A stretch of DNA of 64,000 nt, taken from contig CM060732.1 of assembly GCA_030704615.1 (NCBI GenBank), positions 28,830,001 through 28,894,000 of the forward strand, read 5' to 3'. Of the stretch, positions 53,481 to 64,000 are shown one piece after another. The position numbers were made by a program, and so were the translations under genes. Numbering within the stretch: position 1 is the first letter of the stretch; each line of letters starts with the position of its first letter. Under the pieces are notes generated by a model that saw only the letters and a program-made list of their open reading frames with translations, searched no databases and was not told the DNA's origin. Source of the DNA: Takakia lepidozioides (taxonomy: Eukaryota; Plantae; Bryophyta).

Positions 53481-54489
53481 ATGTGGCGTTACAGAGAGGC
53501 CAGATACTGGGCCCACTTTGGTACCCTTGGGTAATGATAGTGATAGAGCTGACTTCTCGCCCATCAGGTCTTTAGCAGGGAAGAAGGGCTGAAGGAACTC
53601 GTCATGCTCTAATTGGCCAATGCTCCAAGTGTGTGGAAATCAGACCATTGCAGATCACACAGATTACTCAACTGCACGATTTTTGGAGGAACAAATGACC
53701 TACAGGTACGGCACACAAAAGGTCACATCAACAATCAAGGCTGAGTGGATTAAGTGTGAGTTTCGGAGATATATGAGTGATTCAGGAGGAAACAAAGCAG
53801 TCGGCCCCATACTGGTCACAGAGAACGGACGGATTGGATGCGTGATCAATCATTGAATTCAAGCATCAAAGTATCAGTGGAAGAAAGGGTGGAGATGTAA
53901 CAGAGACCTCAAGACATGGTCTGGCAGTCGAGTTGAAGTGCAGGCTGCCGGTAATCTCCCTCCATGCGAGCTGGAACTTACGGGAAACGACCTGAGAGTC
54001 AGCAATGATAAGTATGTGGGACGGACACCTGAACAAATGCAGCTGATGACGAACGGCAATGCGGTCCATCATGGAGGAGAAGCCGATCGGAGCTCAACAA
54101 ATCGAGCTGCTCCGTGGTAATGGCGAGCGACCCCAAAACAACAGAGAACTACATGAACATGTTCGGAACTTGTAGATAACCTGGGAATGGTTCTTAATGG
54201 CGGGAACGTTTTGGTGTTAAAGAAAAAAAAAAAAAAAAACTTTGATCTAATTTAAATGATAAAGAGCCTGGTTGGTCATATCTTTGTCAAATGAGCTCCG
54301 TTTGACTCAGTTTTTTGAGGGGATAGCTGCAGAAAGGGGAAATCTACCTATCTAGACCTGGTTTCTGTTTTTGGGACTCTGCTAAAAATCTATGGAATTT
54401 TTAGAGTGTGAGTGTGCCATGAAAGATCCACAATCCTGTTCTAGAACCTGTGCTGGTCTATATAGAGACAAATCTGTGGATGTACTCCT

Positions 54490-55248
54490 TGTATGGCTGG
54501 GGAAATGAGGACGTCGTTGAAGGGCAGGTCTCTTCTCTTAGCCTGTGCACCAAAGGGGACAAGATTTATGTTTCCCAAGGAACTCAGACTGATTTGAGGA
54601 GAACAGTTGGACGAGTTGATTGCATACTGGGAGTCAGGCATTAGCAGTAGACAACAGACTGCTGTAGTTGGCATTGAGGGCCTCAATATCGCCTTGGACA
54701 GTCAGAACTCTGTTGGAGCCAGCAGTTCTGCAGCTGTAGGTGAAATACCAAAGTGGGTGAAAGCTAGGCTTGGAACACAGCCAAAGACAGCCCCGGGGAC
54801 CAAGGTGTTCAGCCACAAGGCCGTGGTGTACTGGAGCAGAGGAGCAGGAGCTACACAAGTTTTGTGCAATCAGACACGGTTGCAGCCGATACGCTCTGCA
54901 CAGGGCAACCACGAGCGGGGGTTCATCAGCAATGACATGTTTGTTGTGCGTGAAGGAGATGCAGTCATTCGCAATGAAGACACCCGCAACCGTCTCAAAG
55001 CTTTCGAGTTGAGAGACTATCAGACCCTACCTTTGTTTTCTTTAGTGTTCAGTGAGCGGGAGATAGGGGAGTATTGCTTTGTCTCTACCTGGCAGAAAGA
55101 GGAGGAGGGTTGGTTAGAGCGAGCTACTGTAGCTTGGGACAAGGTTAGTGGCAGGTTTCTGGACATAGATATACCTCCTACACCTTACCATCAAGCAGAG
55201 CGAGGCTTTGAGAGAAGTCTGGAAGTTGATAGCATAGATCAGGATTAG
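54490..55248 (+). CDS. Additional ORF upstream of gag (copy 2, frameshifted)
   Basis: Homologous to 26697-27446. Confidence 0.55.
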
Positions 55249-55751
55249 ATCTTGCTTGGGCGGGCTTCTATTCTTCCCCTCCATCTCTGTACTATTTTCA
55301 TTACCTTGTACTTGTAGTTGCCAAAGCCTCTGGTGGAGGCCAGTCAGTCCGGGTTTTGGGCTGGGATATTCTGCAGGATCAGCATTGCAGCTGGATTTTG
55401 GTGTGGGGGTGTTGATGTTTTGATTTCTTGTGTTTGGATCCCCCCCAACACCTGCATGCTTGACTGTGCGCCATGTTGGTTTTGTGTGGGCGCTTGCTTT
55501 CATAGGGATTAGGCCGGATTTGATCACCGGTCAATCCTAGAGTATGCTGTCGGTGGTGAGGCTGGAGTGATGACCAGCAAGACCACCAGTGTTTCTTCTA
55601 TGGTGAGGCTGGGTTGATGACCAGCCAACCATAGGAGTTCTTGCGGTGGATGCAGGTGCAGGTGCCCTGAGCCATTGGATATGACCCTTAAACTGCAACA
55701 GGTGCCCACCCATGTCACTATTAGATTAGTACTAGAGCCTTATAGTGTTAC

Positions 55752-58700
55752 GTGGAGGAGGTGCACATTGTGAGTGTCATTACGGAGTTACCCAAGGGTT
55801 TTGAGGGGAGTACGGCTACAGGCAGTAACAGTGAGAGTGGGTTCACAAGACGAGGTATTCGGTTCAGACCACCTTCACCGCCACCCTCAATTACTGTAGA
55901 GTCAGACACAGACTCAGAGGCTTCATCAACAGGTGTGCACTTTCATTCGCCATTGTTGTGGGACGACATGGAGGAGATGTATGGAGCTACCAAGGGGCCT
56001 CGTAGGTACTCTGGAGCTGTGGGCACAATCGAGTTGGATGACTTTATCCAGGAGTTCGACAGCTGGTGTGATTTGCAGCAGATGCGCAATCCACACAGCT
56101 ATTCACCCCATTCATGGCGTGGAAGGGCTGTTCCAACATTTGGAAGGCCCGCCTATGGACGATTACCACGAGTTCAGGCGAGGACATGAAGCAGAGATTG
56201 AGGAGTGGAGGATGTATTGGTCACCTGACTACGTCTCCATTACTCGAGGCACGACGCGACCAGTAGCTGCATCAGTACCAATAGCTCCCACTGCCAGCAC
56301 TAGTAGTGGAGCAAGTAGTGCTGGTACTTCTGTAGGTGGTACCAGTTCAAAAGGTGCTACTACTCCTCCTGCCCTCGCCACACTACAACACATGTGCCTA
56401 GATTCAACCCGGTGGTGGAGTTCTTCCAGGAGTTGCGGAGGAACTACCAAGGTGTACGGACAGAGAAGCTGCGAAGTTTGCAAGACTTCCAGCGCAAACC
56501 CAGTGAGAGCCTGCGAGAGGCGTACACTCGTATGAGGCGCTTGATAAGTGTGACCCAAGGGGTTACTGAAGCTCAGGCAATCCAGTTTTGGTATGGAATT
56601 CTGGACAAGGAGCTCAAGAGAGGGTGCGAGATGCAACCCTGTTACAAGCAGCCCAACCCACATTAGCAGATGTGTTTCTGCTGGCTGAGCGGATTGAGCT
56701 CAACATGGTGGAGGAGCGAGTTGTTACAATTGGATTTGGCAAGGACATGCCTGTACGGGGCACAGCTGTCAGCCCACAAGCACAAGGGACTGCCCAACAG
56801 CGTGGTCAGGGGGGCAAGGTTGCCCAGCCCAAGTTCCATGGAGCTTACAGGGGACCTCAGGTGCAGAGGCCCGTGGCATCTTTTGCAGGCCAACAGCAAC
56901 CAGGGGTGATATGTTGGACATGTGGAGGACCCCATGTCAAAAGAGATTGCCCAGAGAATGGCAGAAGGCCGGCACAAGCACAGCCTGCACAGTTGCAGTG
57001 TGGGCATTGTGGCAAGTATGGGCATGTAGATGCCTAGTGTTATGACTTGCATCCTGAGTTGCGCCCAGGCCAGTTCCAAGGGAACAATGGTGGCCGGGGG
57101 CGAGGTGGACCAGCCCAAAGAGGACGAGGTGGTCGGGCACGAGGTGCAGGCCAAGGGCAAGCTCAACATGGCCAAGGACGCGGAGGTCAGGGCGTTGATC
57201 AAGGCATGGCCAACCGGCTTCAGCAGCTAGAGCAGAGGCTCGCTGCCATGGCTATAGCTCAGGCGGTACCGGCTCCCAGGCGGGATGGTCCACCTCCTGC
57301 TCCTGAGGGAGGAGATATGGGAGGCATGGGATTCATGTGCGGAGCAGCACTACCACTAGAGCAGGTGGAGTCTGCTGCAGCCGTGACTCGAGGAGCAGCA
57401 CGAGTTCCTGAGCCACGAGGTGCAGCAGGTGGAGTTGGATCCACAACGTGGGGAGGCAAGCCGTCAGGCGAGGCTGCCTCAGTCATTCACCTTGGCGGAG
57501 ACAGTGTCAACGCCATCCATGGCACCTAGTTCTCGCCCGACTGTTACCGAGGCGGAGGTTACTATGCCATTGGGGAGAGCTACACGTGCAGCACTGACAC
57601 CTGCTACCAAGGCTAGTGCAGCCGGTGTGTTATTGGGGGCAGCCACCTCTGTGTGTCAAGCCCCACTGTTCTCGGCAACCATGATTGCGACGCCGGGGGT
57701 GAGACCAGCTGCAGTGTTCAGACTAGCAGCAACTCTCTGTGAGAGTGGGGAGGTCACTTCATCTTCTGCGGCGAAGTTAGTGGAAGGTATAGTGGCAGAG
57801 GGATCTTCGGATTTGAGGGTCAAGACTGCCACGGCTGCGCCATGGCAAGTTGCAGCTGCCAGGTTGACGGAGCTGCCAGCTAGGCCAGCCATTGAGCGCG
57901 CCATGGTGACACCTGGAGTTGTCTTGTTAGACAACCAGGGAGGCATTTTCACTTGAGTGGACCGGCAGGCAAGAAGTACCGGCCACTGCGGGTCTTGTTG
58001 GACTCAGGAGCTCAGCCACTGATGTTGGGCAGAGCTGCTATTGCAGGTTTGGGCCTCATGGAGGCGGATATGGAGCCTTGTCCTTTCCAGATACAGACAT
58101 CTCTGGGAGGATCAGAGCAGGCTCGCGGCATGACACGGCACAGTTGGCTATTAGACTGCAGCCGGATCATCCTGTAGATGGCTCAGTGATGCGAGCCAAG
58201 GCCATTGTGACAGATCGGTCTCTTACGATGTCCTCGTTGGTGGGGCAGTGTTATACCCCATGGGCTTCACCCTGGATTTCTGGGAGGAGTCAGCATCCTA
58301 CAGGCCTGGATGGCAGTCAGGGGATGGTCGCCGTGCACAGCTCCCTGTGACATTCATTGGGGGTATTGCAGCTGCCCAGCGGGGCAAGATGCCAACACTA
58401 GCCGCCTTCACAGCTGCAGTTAGTTGGCCTGGAGAGTTGCTGGAAGGCAATGCCCATGCAGAGGATGTGCCACCTCCAGCAGAGCAGGATGACATGCATG
58501 GTACGGCGGAGTTGCCTGCCATGGTTGCTCACACTCCATTGTGGGGTACGAGCAAGGATTTGCAGCAAGCTGCTGATGGACGGGTGCAACAAGCTTGGGT
58601 AGAAGCTTTTGTACCGTCAGGAGAGGAGGAGAGTGCGGTGATTGCACCAGGACCACCTCAGTTGTCGCCATTGGACACCACACCTCTTGTGTGGCAGCGG

Positions 58701-59954
58701 CCGGATGAAGGCATTGCCTTCTGGACTTGTTTGGCGGGATCAGCACTGGATTGGCTGCAGTGCTGCAGGCAGGTGTACGAGTTCAACGTTACCTGTATGT
58801 GGAGAGGGATGAGACTGCACGACGCGTCTCACTGCGCCATGTTGCTCAGATGGTGCAGCAGCACCCTGAGTTGTTGCCGTGTCTGCAGTTCGTGGATATC
58901 AGCAGGCCTTGCCAGCAGACATTGCGTTGCTGGGGGCGCAGGATTTGGAGCGGGTTGGCTCCATTGATCTGGTAGTGGCAGGTTGGCCCTGCCAAGGGCA
59001 TTCATCAGCCGGGCATGGCAATGGATTGCGAGACTCGAGGACGGGTCTGTTTTGGGAGATGGTGCGGATTTTGCGCCACTTGCAGCTTCATCAGGCTGTA
59101 TCTCCGGCATACATCTTGGAGAATGTGCCACTGATGGGTGATTCTCGGGCCAGGGTGATGGCCAGTGTGCATCAAGTCCGGTCGTGGCTTGGGTCAGCAG
59201 TTGCTGGATGCAGCTGCAGTGGGGTCACGGGCTCATCGTCCACGACTATGGTGGACTAACTTGATGCACCCCGCACTGCTCAAGCGTGCATTTGATGGGG
59301 TGCAGCGGCCAGCACACCTCACCGTGGATGGCATTTTGGACACAGGAGGCAGTCTCAACGTGTGAGACACGATGACCGTTCGCCTTTGGCAGTGGTCAAC
59401 AGGGTGGGTCAACCACGAGCAGCATTACCTACACTGCTCAGCTTCCCAGGATCCCATGCTTTTCGGGATGGTGGACCTGGCCTCCTGTGGGATGCTCAGT
59501 TGCAGCAGTTAGTGGAGCCTAATGCCGACGAGCGAGAGCGGGCTATGGGGTTTTCCACTGGGACCACGGCGGTGCCTTCTCTTTCTGAGGCATCACGTCG
59601 TCAGGTGTTGGGGCAAGCAATGGATCTCAATTGCTTGACCTGGATTGTCAGCTTGGCTATGGCTGAGCAACGTAGAGTGCGGAGTGCACTTCCCTTAACG
59701 TCTCTCTGCCTACCGAGACGGTACAGGCAGCGAGTGGGGGCGAGCCGGTGAGGACCACGAGGTGTAGACATCCATGGCACATGTGGGAGGTGCTCGAGGT
59801 TCAGAGGGAGTTGGCAGCGAAGGCAGCTGTGATGGATGAGGTTGGGGATTCTTCTCGGGATGAGGAGGTTCTCAATGATGAGATGATGGGGCAGGATGAG
59901 GCCTTGTCATTGACTGAGCAGGAAGGGAGTACTGCTCAAGAGGTTGCAGCATAG
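55752..59954 (+). pseudogene. Gag-protease-DNMT region (copy 2, multiple frameshifts), ending at TAG 59952-59954
   Basis: Same motifs as copy 1; DNMT at about 58712-59640. Confidence 0.9.
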
Positions 59955-62900
59955 CAACCACGGGACGCGTCCTCTACCTCTAAGCCCACTGGACTTAAGG
60001 TTGCAGTTACGGAGGACAATTGGGAGCCTGATATTGGACCCATTGTCACCGGAGGAGAGAGACGACGTATACGGCGGTTCCTGAGGGCTTACAGGAATTG
60101 CTTTGCCTTCAGTTTGAAGGACTTGGGAGCACTGAAGGGTCAAGAGATCCGTATTGAGTTGGCCACTGACACGCCAATCTTTCGGAGACCCTATAGATAC
60201 AGTGACATGGAGAGGTCTTTGATTCAGATGAGGACTCAAGATCTCTGGGAGGCAGGTTTGGTGGAGCTCTCTGGTGGAGAGTATGCTTCAGCCACAGTGA
60301 TGCCAGCTAAGAAGGATGTCTATGGCAATTGGACGGAGAGACGTATGTGCGGTGATTACCGGCCTGTAAATCGTCAGACCAAGTCCGATAGGTATGCCAT
60401 GCCAACACCAGAGGAGATCTTTGATGCCATTGGGCATTCCAAGGTCTTTAGCACGTTGGATTTACGATCCGGATATCACCAGTTGCCGATCAAGGAGGCG
60501 GATAAGCAAAAGACGGCATTCTGGGGGATCAATGAGCACGGGAAGGATTGCCTATACCAGTGGCGGTTCTTACCATTTGGGCTTAAAAACGCTCCCGCTG
60601 AGTTTCAAAGAGTCATGGACAGGATTCTAGCAGGGGTGGAGTTTGCTCGGTGCTACATAGATGACATCATCATCTTTAGTGCTACGGTGGAGGAGCATGA
60701 GAGACACCTTCAGGGGGTATTTGAGCGCTTGAGGACGCACGGATTGAAGTTACATCCGGGCAAGTGCAAGTTTTTCCACAACCAGATTGAGTATCTGGGT
60801 CACATGATATATCCTGGAGGATTGGGGGTACAGCAGACTAAGGTAGAGTCCATTGCACAGGTTCCACGCCCCACGGATGTGAGCCGAGTTCGAGCTTTCA
60901 TGGGGTTAGCAAACTATTACAGACGGTTTGTTAAGGGATTTAGTGCCATTGCAAAGGCTCTAACCAAGCTGACCAAGGTGGACCAGGAGTGGCAGTGGGA
61001 AATGAGCAAGAACAAGCTTTTTCAAGAGCTCAAGGCGAGGTTGACCTCGGCGCCCATCTTGAGACGACCTATCAGGGGGCGTCCTTTTCAGCTGCATACA
61101 GATTGGAGCATGCTGGGGCTTGGAGCGGTGCTCACACAGGTGGATGATGAGGGAAGAGAGTTCGTAGTGGCTTATGCTAGCCGCTCGAACAATGCTGCAG
61201 AGTCTAAGTATAGCTCATATGAGGGAGAATGCTTAGCTGCAGTGTGGGCCGTGGCACACTTCAGGTGCTATCTATACGGCAATCTCTTCACCCTTGTCAC
61301 GGATCACCAACCACTCAAGTGGTTGATGGAGTCAGACAAGCTTACGGGGAAGCTTGCACGGTGGGCACTCATCCTTCAAGAGTATGACTTTCAGGTGGTG
61401 CATCGACCGGGTTTGGTCAATCGAAATGCAGATGGGTTGAGTCGCAATCCATGCACGAGCCAGCAGGATGACACTGGAGCTCGGTGGCATGGTGAGACGG
61501 ACGAGGAGATGGTGCCCGGATGGCATGCATCTGCATTTCTGTGTATCTTGGCAGCGGAAGGCCAGGTTGGACCTACAACAGGGATGACTGTAGATCAAGT
61601 GTCTGAGGACCCTGAGGCCAGCAATGAGCAGGGTGGCGCCAAAGATATACATGAGGATTCAGTTGTGTTGGACTACCTCCGCAGTGGAGACACGACAGCC
61701 ACTATGACTGCCAAGGAGAGGGATCGGATCCTACAACGAGCCAAGAGGTTCAGGTGGGAGGGGACACACCTGCTTCGAGTGTGGGAGGATGGTCGAGTGA
61801 GGATTGTGCCTCACCCAACACAGCGGGCACGGTTAGTGCGGCATGCCCATGAGGAGTTGGGGCATTTTGGGGTGCGACGCACTCATAGTCTACTGCAGGG
61901 GGCAGTATTGGTGGCGTGGTATGCACACAGAGGTGCAACAATTTGTGGCTAGGTGCATGGTGTGTGACAGGGTGCGTGCTTCATTCAACGCCCCTACTCC
62001 ACAATTGCACCCTCTTTCGATCATGGGATTGGGCTACAGGTGGAGTCTTGACTTCGCAGGGCCGTTGCCACTGACCATGCGCCACAACAAGTACGTGTTG
62101 GTGATGGTGGAGCACTTCTCCAAGTGGATTGAATTGGTTCCATTGCCTGATAAGGCTAGTGAGGGAGCTGCGTATGCATTCCTGGATTGTGTGCTTAGCC
62201 GATTCGGTGCTCCAGCTGAGGTACTCACGGACCAAGGGAGAGAGTTCTTGGGGGAGTTTCAGGCTTTGTGTGACAAGGCCTTGATAGACCACCGCACCAC
62301 TTCTCGGGATCATCCTGAAGCCGATGGCTTGGCAGAGAGAGTTGTTCAGACAGTAAAGAGGGGTTTGCGCAAGTATGGCTTGCAGAAGGGACACCTAGGA
62401 GATTGGGACCTTCAGTTACCCTGGTTAGCCATGGGCTACAGGTTCAGCAGCAAGCATCATGCATCACTTCCTCCTTCTCACCATACTTTTTTCTCTTTGG
62501 CCGAGAGCCGGATTTGCCTACATCCATTCGCAGAGAAGCTGCTACAGTTCTTAACCTTGACGATCCGGACGTGTGGGCACGTGCATGTGAGCAGCGTGCA
62601 GAGTTGTTCAAGAGAGTCATGCCTATGGCTTTCGAGAACCTTGCCATTGCACAACACCGTGATACGTTGAGGTATGCTACCATACGTGGTGGGGGCTATC
62701 GTCCTGGGGTTCGGAGATTCAACCCTGGTGACTATGTCTATCTGCAGCAGACTGCTCCTACGACCCTGGATGTGACTGCAGGACGTGTTATTTTGAGGGT
62801 TCGAGAGGTCTTGCCCTCAGGCGTCTTGGTCTTGGAGGGTCGGGATGGCATAACTTGGAAGGACCATGTGCGTAATTGTGCGCCATGTCACCTTCCGAAT

Positions 62901-63095
62901 GTCGATGGCAGGATTGACCCAAACCTGGCAGTGGTATCTGCAGGTTTGAGGTGCATGTTGTGTGGGTCTACTAAAGGGGCAGCCACCATGCTGGTATGTG
63001 ATCGGTGCTCTAGAGGTTGGCATATGGGATGCTTGACTCCACCTCTTGAGATGGTTCCGGATGGGGATTGGTTATGTCCACATTGCATTGGATAG
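59955..63095 (+). CDS. RT-RNaseH-integrase-PHD (copy 2, frameshifted)
   Basis: YIDD, RNase H, HHCC, DDE and C4HC3 motifs. Confidence 0.92.
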
Positions 63096-63878
63096 TGGGA
63101 GTGGATACAACCATGGGAGGCTAACAAGAAACGCAAGGCCCAGCTACTAGGAGACCTTGAACACACGAGATCTTGGCTCAAGTTCATAGATTGCAAGACG
63201 GCGACTAACGATGGGGCTACTCTTGTACCCGGCCTCTTGGTTGATAGAGTTTGAGCACGATAAAGACAGTGATAGAGGCCTTAGTACGGCTGTGGCTATT
63301 ACATCTTGTAGCTATCAAGAGGTAGAGGGACCTATCCACCAGCTAGGGGGGCGATTGTGCTAGACTACTTTATTGTGCATATATGTGTGGTGTGGTTTGG
63401 ACAGCGATGTAGTTGTGTAGCGATATGTATGCGCACGACAGCTGTCAAGTTAAATAAGCACAGTGTGAAAACAGCTAGAATAAAACTAGTTATTTGTATT
63501 TAACAATTGGATTTAGGTCAAGTGTTAAATCAGGTGTCAAGTTTAGTTTGACACCTGGTCTGTCTTATCTTCACGAGAGCGGCAGTCGCGCAGCTCATCT
63601 CTCTCGAGTTGAGCCTGCGCGACCGAGCTCCTGCATCGTTTAGGACTGAGTGTGCTCATGATGGGAGTGTAGGTTGTTGTGGGGTGGAGTCCCCACAGCT
63701 TGGGGTGCCCCTGGCTCGACTTCTATTTCTAAGAGTGATGGTTTGGTTTTCATGCTTTGCATCGTGTGTGTCCTTAGCTTTCTTATCATTGTGCTAGACT
63801 ACTTTATTGTGCATATATGTGTGGTGTGGTTTGGACAGCGATGTAGTTGTGTAGCGATATGTATGCGCACGACAATTC

Positions 63879-64000
63879 TCTCACGCTTCTTCGAGAGGTT
63901 TCCCAACTTGAGGTCCCCTCGCATGCTCTTCTTTTTACGTTTGACGTGGAATCTCTATATCCCAGCATCATCACCGAGCTCGGCTTGTATGAGCTCGAAT
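63879..64000 (+). mobile_element. Penelope-like RT continuation
   Basis: FTFDVESLYPSI motif. Confidence 0.75.

Larger units (their letters stand above)
51944..63874 (+). mobile_element. Ty3/Gypsy retrotransposon with DNMT and PHD domains, copy 2
   Basis: TG..CA ends; TSD ATTC at 51940-51943 and 63875-63878; B 51944-52286, PBS 52287-52305, PPT about 63345-63353, A 63354-63440, B 63443-63787, A 63788-63874. Confidence 0.95.

Noticed and set aside
18063-63874. Large inverted segmental duplication of the window
   Set aside because: The opposite-strand copies have different TSDs and flanks, so they are independent insertions.
63354-63874. B as a solo LTR inserted into A, or A as an 87-bp target duplication
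   Set aside because: The same arrangement occurs at two unrelated loci and the 4-bp TSDs lie outside the terminal A.

Overview
Eukaryotic, almost certainly land-plant DNA (PLS-class PPR and stearoyl-ACP desaturase fragments). It is a nested transposon cluster with no intact host gene and a 500-N gap at 48548-49047. Two element families dominate, and each carries its own DNA methyltransferase. (1) There are two ~12-kb Ty3/Gypsy copies (18063-30119 minus; 51944-63874 plus), each with a 4-bp TSD. They encode Gag-protease-[C5 cytosine methyltransferase, DNMT3-like], then TAG CAA CCA (a readthrough-type stop), then RT-RNaseH-integrase-PHD finger. They have a self-priming PBS and a different ~1.9-kb cargo cassette in each copy. 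Their termini are not ordinary LTRs but split direct repeats (B...PPT-A-gc-B-A), which is what a 2-LTR circle opened at an internal palindrome would produce. (2) There are three copies of a large Mutator-like DNA transposon (GCM-like zinc finger, DDE, SWIM) with arrays of a 22-bp palindrome at 53-bp spacing. The copy with both ends (8567-31490, 8-bp TSD) carries a spliced beta-class N4C/N6A amino-methyltransferase-like gene and a head-to-head pair of unknown paralogs. These elements sit in or next to older ones: a degenerate Gypsy, a LINE with a chromodomain-like segment and a Penelope-like RT. Most frameshifts differ between copies and may be decay or assembly indels. All family assignments are from motif recognition by eye; no searches were run.
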